Source of the DNA: Terriglobia bacterium
GTDB taxonomy: Bacteria; Acidobacteriota; Terriglobia; Acidiferrales; UBA7541
DNA: 64,000 nucleotides
NCBI GenBank assembly: GCA_963695545.1
Contig: OY968796.1
Location: 1,984,001 to 2,048,000 of the forward strand
Direction of reading: 5' to 3'
Below the pieces are notes generated by a model that was not told where the DNA came from, made no database searches, and saw only the letters and a program-made list of their open reading frames with translations. The translations under genes were made by a program, and so were the position numbers. Below, in pieces: positions 10,154 to 19,344 of the stretch (position 1 is the first letter of the stretch; each line of letters begins with the position of its first letter).

Positions 10154-10558
10154 ATGGCAGGCTACACGGATGAGCACGCCCGCGCCGGAATCCGCACGCG
10201 GCTGCCCAAGCTCGAAACCTGGCCGAATCAATTCCCCGGCTACACCATCGTGACGCGCATTCCGGAATACACTTCGATCTGCCCGAAGACCGGCATGCCG
10301 GATTACGGCGCGATCTCGATCGAGTACCAGCCGCGCAAACTGTGCCTCGAACTCAAGTCGCTCAAGATGTATATGCTCGCGTATCGCAATCTTGGCATCT
10401 TCTACGAGAACGCCGTGAATCGGATTCTCCGCGACATCGTGGAAGCGGCGCGCCCGGTGTGGTGCGTGGTGCGCGGCGACTTCACGCCCCGCGGCGGCCT
10501 CACCACTTCGGTGGAAGCGCGCTGGCCGCGATCGCCGCAGCGCGCGCGGCGCGCGTAA
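10154..10558 (+). CDS. queF: NADPH-dependent 7-cyano-7-deazaguanine reductase (preQ1 synthase), short form
   Basis: EYTSICPKTGMPD, ELKSLKMY and FTPRGG motifs; GAGG RBS. Confidence 0.95.
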   Translation: MAGYTDEHARAGIRTRLPKLETWPNQFPGYTIVTRIPEYTSICPKTGMPDYGAISIEYQPRKLCLELKSLKMYMLAYRNLGIFYENAVNRILRDIVEAARPVWCVVRGDFTPRGGLTTSVEARWPRSPQRARRA

Positions 10559-10695
10559 CGCGACGATCAGCAGGTTAGCCGCGGCGCGAGCGCTACGCGG
10601 CGCGCGAGCGTAGACAACCCCTGCGGGCTTCGAGATAATCATAGTGGTGTCGCGCGGCAACCCAGTCGCCGCCAAGCGCAGAGGAGGCAGTAAGC

Positions 10696-11622
10696 ATGAG
10701 CACGATTCCAACCGGGCCCGCATCCACCGAATCCAAGGAGACGTTTGTCTACGAAGCGGCCCCTCTTCCGCGCTGGATTTATGTAGCGTTCGTCGCGCTT
10801 TTGCTTTTGGTGGCCTACCTCTTTTATGCCGGCTACACGGAGCGCGACAAGCTGCAATCCGATTTGACGGCGGCCACCAACCAGGAAGCCGTGCTCTCCG
10901 CCGAGATCGACCAATCCAATTCGCGCGTCGCCGATCTGCGCGCCAAGCTCGAGGTGACCTCGCAAAAGCTAGGCCTGACGCAGGATGAACTCGCGCGCGC
11001 CAGCACGCTGGCCGAAACCATCAAGCAGCAGCAGAAGGACAGCGACGCGCAACTCGCGGCGCAGATCGGACAAGTGCAGCAGCAATCCGATCAGAAGATC
11101 GGCGCGGTCTCGACCGATCTTTCCGGCACGAAGTCCGATCTTTCCGCAACCAAGCAGGATCTTGCGGCGACCAAGGCTCAGCTGACAACCGCTGTCGGCG
11201 ATCTGGGCGTGCAGAGCGGATTGATCGCGCACAACGAAGGCGAAGTGCAGGAATTGCAGCGCCTCAACGAGCGCAACATTTTCCAATTCAACCTCAAGAA
11301 GGAAAAGACCGCCTCGCGCGTCGGACCGATCGAAGTGAAGCTTGAAAGCATGGACCCGAAGCGCAACAAATACACGATCCTGGTGGTTGCCGACGATCGC
11401 ACGACCGAGAAAAAAGATAAGACCGCCGAAGAGCCGGTCCAGTTCTACGTGAAGGGCGCAACCCAACCTTATGAAATCGTGGTCTTCGACGTTGCCAAGG
11501 ACCACATCGCGGGCTACCTTTCGACTCCGAAAGGTGAGGGCACGTCAGCGGCGGCGCCCGCCTCCGCCGCTCCTGCTTCTGCTCCGGCTTCGTCCTCCGC
11601 GCCCGGGACCACCACACCCTGA
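10696..11622 (+). CDS. Membrane-anchored coiled-coil hypothetical protein
   Basis: GAGGAGG RBS, one TM helix, long heptad region, C-terminal beta domain and Ala/Pro tail. Confidence 0.8.
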   Translation: MSTIPTGPASTESKETFVYEAAPLPRWIYVAFVALLLLVAYLFYAGYTERDKLQSDLTAATNQEAVLSAEIDQSNSRVADLRAKLEVTSQKLGLTQDELARASTLAETIKQQQKDSDAQLAAQIGQVQQQSDQKIGAVSTDLSGTKSDLSATKQDLAATKAQLTTAVGDLGVQSGLIAHNEGEVQELQRLNERNIFQFNLKKEKTASRVGPIEVKLESMDPKRNKYTILVVADDRTTEKKDKTAEEPVQFYVKGATQPYEIVVFDVAKDHIAGYLSTPKGEGTSAAAPASAAPASAPASSSAPGTTTP

Positions 11623-11646
11623 ATTCTTATCTGCCGCAAAACGGGC

Positions 11647-14100
11647 TCAATCGAACTGCTTGAGCGCTTGAGCCCACTCCCGCAGTCGCTTATCCACCAG
11701 CGCGAAAACCGTGTCGGGCTCGAAGGCGCCATCGGCGCTGCGCGTTCCGGCTTTCACGCCGGTGAGAATTTCTATGCCCTGTTCGACCGTGGAGACGGGG
11801 AGAATCTGAAATTGGCCGCGGGCCACGGCGTCAATGGTGTCGTCGCGCAGCATCAAGTCCTCGATATTTTCGGACGGAATGATCACGCCTTGTTTGCCGG
11901 TGAAGCCGAGAACGCGGCAGACATCGAAGAATCCTTCGATCTTCTGATTGACGCCGCCGATCGGCTGGATATCGCCCTGTTGATTCACGGAGCCGGTGAC
12001 GGCGATTTCCTGCCGAATGGGCAGGCCGGAAAGCGCGGAGAGCAGAGCGAACACTTCCGTTGAGCTGGCGCTATCGCCATCGACGCCGGAATAGGATTGC
12101 TCAAAGCACAGGCTGGCGGCCAGCGAAAGCGGCTTATCCTGCGCGAAGCGCGCGCGAAGGAATCCGGCGATGATCTGCATGCCCTTATCGTGCAGGCGGC
12201 CGCTCAGGCGGGCTTCGCGTTCGATATTGATCAGGCCGGATTTGCCAAGCGACGCGGACGCGGTGATGCGAATGGGCTTGCCGAACGAGTAGCCGCCGAT
12301 TTCGGCGACGGTCAGGCCGTTGACCTGGCCGATGCGCGTGCCGGCGACGTCCATCAGCAGCGTGCCTTCTTCGATCATTTCGCGGATTTTGGTTTCGATC
12401 AGGTTGTGGCGTTCAATGCGCGCTTCGCGGGCGGAGCGCACGTGCGCGGCGGTGACGAGTTTTTGGCCATCCTCGCGCGCGGCGTAGCACGCTTCGCGCG
12501 CGAGATCGGCAAGATCGGCAAAGCGCGCGGTGACTTTGTTGCGGCGGCCGGCGAGGCGCACGCCGAATTCGAGCATGGCGGCGACGGCCGAGCGATCGAA
12601 CGCGAGTAGATTTTCTTTTTCGGAAAGTTTCCGCAGCCGGCCGCCGTACTGGTGGATCACAGTGTCGTTCAGGCCCATTTCCTCGTCGAACTCGACGCGC
12701 ACTTTGAAAATCTTTTTGAAATCCTCGTCGTTCTCATAGAGCAGCTCGTACATTTCCGGATCGCCGATCAGAATGATCTTCACATTGATATCGATCGGCT
12801 CGGGCTTGAGCGCCGAGGCGCCGAAGGGAAAGAAAAGATCGAGCGGCTGGCTATCGAGCTTGGCGTGATTGAGCGTGCGCTTGAGCGTGCGCCAAACGCC
12901 GGCTTCGCCGAGCGCATCGAGCGCGTAGATGATCAGATAGCCGCCATCGGCGCGGAGAATCGAGCCGGCGCGCAGATCCATGAAATCGGAAGTCCAGCCG
13001 CCGCGGGAATCATAGGCGCGCTGGATGGTGCCGAATAGGTTCGCGTAGGTCGGCGTGGTTTCAAAAATCACGGATGAGGCTTCGAGATCGTCGTGCGCGA
13101 GTAGCGTATTGACGTTGTAAACGCGGAACGGATCGCGCTCGGGCATCTGCAAGCGGGAGATGCCGTCCACTTGCGGCGAGCCGCCCGGTTCGGTTTCTTC
13201 GCCTTCACGTTCCTTGAAAGGATCGAGATTATCGAGAATGTTGTGGCGAACTTCCTCGAGATATTCGGCGATGTGCGCTTCGGGATATTTTTCCTTGAGC
13301 TCCTCGATCACGCCGTCAACGAGCACAGAGGCGGCTTCCTGCTCGAGGTAGGAAAGTTCGCTCGCGAGTTCGCGCGAGAGCGTGAGCGTGCGGCGATAAA
13401 CCACGGTGAAATCCTGGCGAAACACTTCGTACTTGCGCTCGAGGTCTTCGGCGATGGCGGTTTCGAGTTTCCCTTCGTTGACGAGCTTGGGCATGTCCTC
13501 GATGGGCACCATTTGGCCTTCGAGAACGGGGAAAATTTCCGGCAGCGCCACGGCGCCGACTTGCATGTGGCCGAGCGCGAATTGATCGCGCGCGATGCGG
13601 CGCGTGAAGTCGTCCATCAATTCTTTTTCGCGGATGGTGAAGCGCTCGACGATGCGATTTTTTTGGCGCTGGAAGGGCTCGCCCTCGAAAACCTGCGGAA
13701 TGCGGCGGCGCAGAAATTCGATGCCGGACTGAATGTCCTTGCGGAAATTGGTGGCCTGGCCCGGCGGAAGGGTGATGAGGCGCGGGCGATCGGGAATTTT
13801 GAAATTATTGACGTAGCAGCGATCGAGCGACATTTTTCGCGGCGGATCGAGTTCTTTGATCATGCGCGCGATCATGCCGCCGCGGCTGGTGCCGGCCATG
13901 CCGCAGACGAACATGTTGTAGCCGCGCGCGTCGAGTTCGACGCCGAGTTTGAGCGCGCGCAGGGCGCGATCCTGGCCGATCATGCCTTCGATCTGCGGCG
14001 CATCGGCGGTGGTCTCAAAGGGAATGCGCGAGGGATCGCAGCGCCAGCGAAGCTGATCGGGCGGAAGCGGAACGGCGGTCGGTGGTGATTTCAGGGCCAT
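11647..14100 (-). CDS. Lon-like S16 protease, LonC-type with degenerate AAA+ module
   Basis: IGQ.RA, GQVNGL, FEQSYSGVDGDSAS (catalytic Ser) and IGGVNQKIEGF (catalytic Lys). Confidence 0.92.
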   Translation of the reverse strand: MALKSPPTAVPLPPDQLRWRCDPSRIPFETTADAPQIEGMIGQDRALRALKLGVELDARGYNMFVCGMAGTSRGGMIARMIKELDPPRKMSLDRCYVNNFKIPDRPRLITLPPGQATNFRKDIQSGIEFLRRRIPQVFEGEPFQRQKNRIVERFTIREKELMDDFTRRIARDQFALGHMQVGAVALPEIFPVLEGQMVPIEDMPKLVNEGKLETAIAEDLERKYEVFRQDFTVVYRRTLTLSRELASELSYLEQEAASVLVDGVIEELKEKYPEAHIAEYLEEVRHNILDNLDPFKEREGEETEPGGSPQVDGISRLQMPERDPFRVYNVNTLLAHDDLEASSVIFETTPTYANLFGTIQRAYDSRGGWTSDFMDLRAGSILRADGGYLIIYALDALGEAGVWRTLKRTLNHAKLDSQPLDLFFPFGASALKPEPIDINVKIILIGDPEMYELLYENDEDFKKIFKVRVEFDEEMGLNDTVIHQYGGRLRKLSEKENLLAFDRSAVAAMLEFGVRLAGRRNKVTARFADLADLAREACYAAREDGQKLVTAAHVRSAREARIERHNLIETKIREMIEEGTLLMDVAGTRIGQVNGLTVAEIGGYSFGKPIRITASASLGKSGLINIEREARLSGRLHDKGMQIIAGFLRARFAQDKPLSLAASLCFEQSYSGVDGDSASSTEVFALLSALSGLPIRQEIAVTGSVNQQGDIQPIGGVNQKIEGFFDVCRVLGFTGKQGVIIPSENIEDLMLRDDTIDAVARGQFQILPVSTVEQGIEILTGVKAGTRSADGAFEPDTVFALVDKRLREWAQALKQFD

Positions 14101-14276
14101 GGATTCTCGATTAGGCGGCTACTCTAGCATAGGGCGTTGCATGCGCGCACAAAGGTGAAACGTGGGGTTTCCAGATCGCGTTTCGAGTGCGCCGGCGTGG
14201 CACGCGCCGTCGGCGACCAACGGCAGCCAAACAACGTCTTTCGGGAAGCATCGAAAAAATCGATGCGAGGGAGGAT

Positions 14277-14611
14277 GGGGTGCCCCTGCCCCCCGGGTGT
14301 TTTTCGGAAGTGTTGAAATGATTCGACTTTAAGTCCTTTGCGCCAGAACTGGTGATTCTAAAAGGCTTAAAATGCAATTTTTCAGAACTGTTGATTCTGG
14401 AAGGGTTACGGGCGAAAAACCGGCGGATTGGAGAGACTGCTGGCAGGTTTTGGCCTCCGCGCGGTGAAGAGGCCAATCCGGGGATTGGCGTTCCCGGGGC
14501 GGCTTCGGTCGGGAGTGGGTGCTTGCGAGTCATTCCGCAGCATAACACATTTATTGGCTGGATGTCAACAGATACTCTGTGGATATCTATTCGAAGAGAG
14601 TTTTCGAATAG
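14277..14611 (-). other. Dispersed promoter-plus-motif-array element, copy A
   Basis: CTATTCGAA-N7-TTCGAATAG inverted repeat (14587-14611). TTGACA (14563-68)-18 bp-TATGCT (14539-44) on the minus strand, ATG at 14533. Three 26-bp motifs start at 14305, 14344 and 14383. GGGGTG...CCCCCCGGGTGTTTT end. Similar to 43090-43491. Confidence 0.65.
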
Positions 14612-14776
14612 TTCGTCACGATCAGCCCGGGGGAAGCAGCCGATGCCGAGAACAAAAGGAGCGCGCTCCGGGCACGCGTCGTTCGCCGGGCGTGGTCGGA
14701 ATTGAGGGGCGAGAGAGTGTGGTAATCTCCGTCGTCGGTCATAATAGATACATTGGAATTGCGGAGAGCTGGCGAA

Positions 14777-15838
14777 ATGAACTGTCTAAATTGCGGGACC
14801 GAGATGATGAACAATCAGGTGAGCACGAAGGACGAGGTGATCTCGTACAATATGTGCGAGAAGTGCGGGAGCTTGTGGCTAGATAAGGGCGAGCTGGACA
14901 AGATGGCGTTTCAGGTGGACGGCGACATTGAATATTGTTCGCAGGAGGCGGTGGAGGGGAGCGCGGAGAAGATTCGGAAGTGTCCGCGCTGCGACAATTC
15001 GGATTTGTATGCGGTGCGGTTCCTCGAAGCGACCGACATTATTCTGCACCATTGCAAAGGATGCGGGGGATTTTGGCTGGATGGCGGGGAGCTGGATTTA
15101 ATTGATAAGGAACTGGCGAAGCTGATGCCGGTGAGCGGGAAGGGATTTTCGGATTTCGTGAACAATGTGCATGTTCCGTACTGGTATAAGCGGGTGAAAA
15201 GAAACAGCAGCGAGACGGATACGCCGGTGCCGGCGCCGCCAATCGAGGGCGCTTCGATGCAGAGCGCGACGACGGATGTGTGCCCGGCGTGCGGGAAGCT
15301 TCTGAATGGATACACGGCGTACACCATGAAATTCGAGGGCTGCGCGGCGTGCAAGGGAATTTGGTTGTTCAAGGATGAATTGCGCGGGCTGAAGAATAAG
15401 GTGGAGCACGGGTCGCTGCGCTGGCTGAACGACGAAGTGAATAACGTCGAGAAAACGAGCGCGCTGGCGACCAAGCGCGCGTGCCCGAAGTGCAAGAGCG
15501 TCGCGCTGGTTTCCGTGCTTTTCGGGAAATCGTCGATTGTGATCGATTGGTGCCCGCAATGCTTTGGAATGTGGCTCGACCACGGTGAATTTGTCGCGGT
15601 GACCGATTATTTGAAGCAAGAGTCGGAGGTCGTGCACTCGAAGGACCTGGAAAAGAAGGCGCTCGAAGAGGTGAAGCTGCTGGTGAAGGGCGGGCCGGAA
15701 AGCCGCCTGGAAGAGTTGAAAGATTTGAGAGCCACGATTTCGGCGCTGACCAGCGCCACGGTGTTTGAGCATCCGTGGCTGTTGAGGCTGTGCAAGGAAG
15801 CGGCGCTGGCGAGTTACGGGCTGGGATTCGGGGCGTAG
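14777..15838 (+). CDS. Protein with four tandem zf-TFIIB-like Zn-ribbon modules
   Basis: Four CxxC...CxxC-G-x-W-L-(D/F)-x-x-E units: CLNC/CEKC, CPRC/CKGC, CPAC/CAAC, CPKC/CPQC. Confidence 0.85.
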   Translation: MNCLNCGTEMMNNQVSTKDEVISYNMCEKCGSLWLDKGELDKMAFQVDGDIEYCSQEAVEGSAEKIRKCPRCDNSDLYAVRFLEATDIILHHCKGCGGFWLDGGELDLIDKELAKLMPVSGKGFSDFVNNVHVPYWYKRVKRNSSETDTPVPAPPIEGASMQSATTDVCPACGKLLNGYTAYTMKFEGCAACKGIWLFKDELRGLKNKVEHGSLRWLNDEVNNVEKTSALATKRACPKCKSVALVSVLFGKSSIVIDWCPQCFGMWLDHGEFVAVTDYLKQESEVVHSKDLEKKALEEVKLLVKGGPESRLEELKDLRATISALTSATVFEHPWLLRLCKEAALASYGLGFGA

Positions 15839-15871
15839 GCGCGCGCGTCAACTCGCGGTGACGGCAAGACC

Positions 15872-15962
15872 AAAAACCCCACACGCAAGACCGGCGTGTG
15901 GGGCACACGCCGAACAGCGAACGTCAAAACCCGCACCCTTGAAACCGAACGGTGCGGCACCC
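15872..15962. repeat. Two REP-like hairpins of the CAC(CC)-tailed type
   Basis: CCCCACACGC/GCGTGTGGGG (15877-15903) and CCGCACC/GGTGCGG-CACCC (15931-15962), each preceded by AAAAC, between convergent genes. Confidence 0.6.
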
Positions 15963-15982
15963 GCGGCACAACTGCAAAAACA

Positions 15983-17116
15983 TCAGGACGTGTGCGCGAC
16001 GGCGGGGCCTTCGCCTGGCGGCGACGAGGCGGAGGAGTGCGACGCGGCGGTGAAGAGGCTTGTGGCTGTGGCGACCACGATGGGGCCGAGCACGAGGCCG
16101 AGCGGGCCGAAGACCGCGACGCCGCCAAGGACGCTGATGAACACCACGAGGCCACTTAGTTCCGAGCACTTGCCGACCATGATGGGGCGAACTACGTAGT
16201 CGGTGGTGCCGATGACTACGAGCGCGATCGCGAGCAGCACAATGGCGCGCTCCCAGTGGCCGGACGCGAATAGATAAATCGTGGCGGGCAGCCAGACGGG
16301 CCAGGCTCCGACGACCGGCAGCATCGAGAGGAAAGCCATCACCGCGCCCCAGAATATGGGCGCTCCCAAACCGAGCACGGCAAACGAAATGCCTCCGACC
16401 ACGCCGTAGATCGCGGCGATCACGAGGCTGGTGGTGACGCTGGCGTTGATGAGCTCGCGCGCCTGGGAGAGGATGCGTTCGCGCGCCGCGGGCGAGAACG
16501 GGAGCAGGCGGCGGAAATTGGCGACGATCCAATCGGCGTCGCGGAAAATGTAGAACAGAGCGAAGAGCGTGACGAAGAGATCGAAGACGAACACGATGGC
16601 GTTGCGGAAGATCGAGCCGAGTTTCGAGCCCAGGAAACTTGCGCCATAGACGACGGCTCGCTGAACCATGGCCACGATGTTCACCGCGTGTTGCGCAGGG
16701 AATTTTGAATCGAGCCACGCGCCGGCCCGGCCGATCGGTCCGGGCAGGCTTGAAAGATCGGTGACGCCGGAAAAATTCGAGAGATCGGTCAGTGTGGGCC
16801 AGCCTGTGCCGAAGCTGGGCGCGATCGCGTGGACCACGCCGGCGGCTTCGTGCACCGAGAGCGTCACGAGCGCGAGCACGGGCACGATCAGAATCAGCGT
16901 GACGCCGAGTGTGGAAACCAGAGCGGCTCGGCCGGGAGGCATGCGGCGCTCCAGACGCTTTTGAAATGGATAGAAGACCACGACCATCACGCCGGCCCAT
17001 CCGAGCGGCGCAAGAAACGGTTCGAAGATGCTGAAGACGAAATAGGCCAAGAGCGCAACGACAACGTAGAAGAGCAGGTTGTCGAGGCGGGTGCGGTTTG
17101 TGTGAGCGTCGGGCAT
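15983..17116 (-). CDS. AI-2E family transporter
   Basis: Multi-TM; LFYIFRD, PVVG and FGPLGLVLGP motifs. Confidence 0.9.
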   Translation of the reverse strand: MPDAHTNRTRLDNLLFYVVVALLAYFVFSIFEPFLAPLGWAGVMVVVFYPFQKRLERRMPPGRAALVSTLGVTLILIVPVLALVTLSVHEAAGVVHAIAPSFGTGWPTLTDLSNFSGVTDLSSLPGPIGRAGAWLDSKFPAQHAVNIVAMVQRAVVYGASFLGSKLGSIFRNAIVFVFDLFVTLFALFYIFRDADWIVANFRRLLPFSPAARERILSQARELINASVTTSLVIAAIYGVVGGISFAVLGLGAPIFWGAVMAFLSMLPVVGAWPVWLPATIYLFASGHWERAIVLLAIALVVIGTTDYVVRPIMVGKCSELSGLVVFISVLGGVAVFGPLGLVLGPIVVATATSLFTAASHSSASSPPGEGPAVAHTS

Positions 17117-17229
17117 TTTGAGCGCCGCAATAGGGCGAGCTATTGTAATCCGGACGCGGGCTTTGCGGGATGGCGCGACGCAAAATTCGCGCGAGCGGTG
17201 GTAGGATCAGGCTACGGGCGGCGACGAAG

Positions 17230-17394
17230 ATGACGGAAGCTAAAGCTCCTTGCGTACACGCGCGCACGCAACTCGTGGCGCAGGATTCGGACGCGACTTA
17301 CGTGGAGTGCCTCGATTGCGGGGCGATCCTCGAAGGCGATGAATTGGCGGAGAAGAAGAAGGACGGATTCAACGAAACATTGTCGGATGCTTGA
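17230..17394 (+). CDS. Small putative Zn-binding protein (54 aa)
   Basis: C-V-H...ECLDCG motif; host-like codon usage; fills the intergenic gap. Confidence 0.6.
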   Translation: MTEAKAPCVHARTQLVAQDSDATYVECLDCGAILEGDELAEKKKDGFNETLSDA

Positions 17395-17417
17395 GAGGGG
17401 CGCGGGCGTTAGCGGAA

Positions 17418-17840
17418 TTAGGAAATGCCGAGCTGGGTCAGGATGCGCAGGACTTCTTCTGAGGTCACGTCGTAAAGATCGCGTTCGTCTTCCTGCTGCA
17501 AGCGCTCGCGGAGATATTCGGCGGCGGCGTAGCTGGCTTCGCGGTCGGTGAGATCGCGCTGGGCGCGTTCGCGGAAAGCGACGAACGCGGGGTGCGCGAG
17601 ACCGACGATCACACCGCGTCCATCCACGATAAATTTTGTGTCGATCGTGTCGCTGTGGCGCGTGGCCACGGCGTTCCACAGGTGCGAGAAGCGCACGTGG
17701 TAGGCCTGATCGGTGAGGCGCGAAGGGACGTCAAACGCGCCGATAAATTCCTTCATCGCGCCGCGATTCAAGATCATCGTCTTGGAAGACGGCTTCGCGG
17801 CGGGCGAAGGTTTTGGGGCCGATGTGGACGATGGCGCCAA
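17418..17840 (-). CDS. Hypothetical protein (start uncertain)
   Basis: Globular-looking ORF directly downstream of the aminotransferase on the same strand. Confidence 0.65.
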   Translation of the reverse strand: MAPSSTSAPKPSPAAKPSSKTMILNRGAMKEFIGAFDVPSRLTDQAYHVRFSHLWNAVATRHSDTIDTKFIVDGRGVIVGLAHPAFVAFRERAQRDLTDREASYAAAEYLRERLQQEDERDLYDVTSEEVLRILTQLGIS

Positions 17841-17861
17841 GATTTGCGTTTGCCTCGCGCG

Positions 17862-19082
17862 CTATTTTCGCTGGCTTACGGCTACGGGCACTCCCTGCGT
17901 GTAGTAGTGCACGGCCGCGCCGGCGCCGGCTCCCTGCGAAACGCGGTATCCCTGATCGAGCAACGTTTTTTCGAGCGCGGACAAGAATTGCAGCACGTGT
18001 CCCTTTTGGCTCGAGAAGCCCATCAGGCCGACGCGCCAGAGTTTGCCCTTCAGCGATTTGATGCCGCCGGCGATTTCGATGTTGAACTCATCGAGCAATT
18101 GGCGGCGCACGCGGTGATCTTCCACGCCTTCGGGAACATGAATGCCGGTGACGGTGGTCATGCGCTCGGCCGGATCGGGGACGAACATTTCCAGGCCCAT
18201 CGCTTCGAGACCGGCGATTAGCGCGAGCTGATTTTGGCGATGGCGCTCCCAGTTGGCTTCGAGTCCTTCTTCGAGCACGATGCGCAACGCTTCGCGCAAT
18301 CCGTAGACCAGCGGAATCGCGGGCGTGTGGTGATAGGTGCGCTCTTTGCCCCAATATTCCATGGTGTGCGTGAGATCGAAATACCAGCTGACGGGTTTCG
18401 ATTTGCGCGCGCGGATCACTTCTTCGACGCGCGTGTTCACGGTGATCGGAGACATGCCAGGCGGCGCGCTGATGGCTTTTTGCGAGCCGGAGAAGCAGAT
18501 GTCGATGCGCGTGCCGTCGACGTCGACTGGATGGCCGACGAGAGACGCGACGGTGTCAACGAGGAGCAGCGCGCCCAATTCATCGGCGACTTTGCGGAAT
18601 GGCTCGATCTTGGTGAGCGCGGACGTGGAAGTTTCGCCGTGCACCATGCCGACGAGCTTGATCGGGCGGCCCTTGGCGGCGCGGCGCACGTCTTCGGGAT
18701 CGACCGTGCGGCCGAGCGGTGCTTCGACGCGAATAATCGTCGCGCCGGTGCGCTCGGCGATGATGGCCATGCGCTCGGAGAACGCGCCGTTCACGCAGAT
18801 GATGGCTTGGTCGCCCGGCTCGAGTGGGTTGACCACGGCGGCTTCGATGCCGCCTGAGCCCGAGGCCGAAACGGGAAACGTGACGCGATTTTCGGTCTGG
18901 AACACTTTGCGCAGAAGGGACTGAATGTCGCCCATCATGGCGGTGAACCAGGGGTCCATGTGGCCGACCAGCGGCGCGGACATGGCGCGATAGACGCGCG
19001 GGTCCAGCATGGAAGGGCCCGGGGTCAACAACATACGCGGGGGCGGAAGAAGCTCTCCGATATCATTCCGATCAATGCTCAT
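17862..19082 (-). CDS. Alanine-glyoxylate/serine-pyruvate aminotransferase (class V PLP enzyme)
   Basis: LLTPGPS, HGETST, DTVAS, SGSQKAISAPPG (PLP Lys), YHHTP and RVGLMG motifs. Start set at MSIDR (GAGG RBS). Confidence 0.93.
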   Translation of the reverse strand: MSIDRNDIGELLPPPRMLLTPGPSMLDPRVYRAMSAPLVGHMDPWFTAMMGDIQSLLRKVFQTENRVTFPVSASGSGGIEAAVVNPLEPGDQAIICVNGAFSERMAIIAERTGATIIRVEAPLGRTVDPEDVRRAAKGRPIKLVGMVHGETSTSALTKIEPFRKVADELGALLLVDTVASLVGHPVDVDGTRIDICFSGSQKAISAPPGMSPITVNTRVEEVIRARKSKPVSWYFDLTHTMEYWGKERTYHHTPAIPLVYGLREALRIVLEEGLEANWERHRQNQLALIAGLEAMGLEMFVPDPAERMTTVTGIHVPEGVEDHRVRRQLLDEFNIEIAGGIKSLKGKLWRVGLMGFSSQKGHVLQFLSALEKTLLDQGYRVSQGAGAGAAVHYYTQGVPVAVSQRK

Positions 19083-19296
19083 TTGGCAGAATCCTCGATG
19101 CCGTGCAGATTTTTGCCCGATCCCAAAACCATGGGAACGGGAAGCGCCGAGCGGGCACGGTTTCTCCAAGCCGAATGGAGCGCCCGGCGGGAAACTATAG
19201 TTTGAAGGATTTGCGAGCTTCGCGCAACCCGCAAGATGGGGAATTATATACATGACTCCCGTAAGGAAACAAGGGACTTTAAGGGCGATTATGGAC

Positions 19297-19344
19297 TTGA
19301 CAAAGTAACGCGAATCTGGTAGCCTCTGTGTAGTGAGGCTGCCA
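19297..19344 (+). promoter_or_regulatory. Transposase promoter and RBS-sequestering hairpin
   Basis: TTGACA (19297-302)-17 bp-TAGCCT (19320-25). TGGTAGCCTC (19317-26) pairs with GAGGCTGCCA (19335-44), which covers the RBS and the A of ATG. Confidence 0.6.

Noticed and set aside
14305..14408. 39-bp periodic units as a CRISPR array
   Set aside because: Only three degenerate units with 13-bp spacers, and no cas genes in the window; kept as an unexplained array instead.
19083..19253. 57-aa N-terminal extension of the aminotransferase in the ORF track
   Set aside because: Its ATG lies inside the IS1595 left TIR; the family-like sequence and an RBS begin at 19082.
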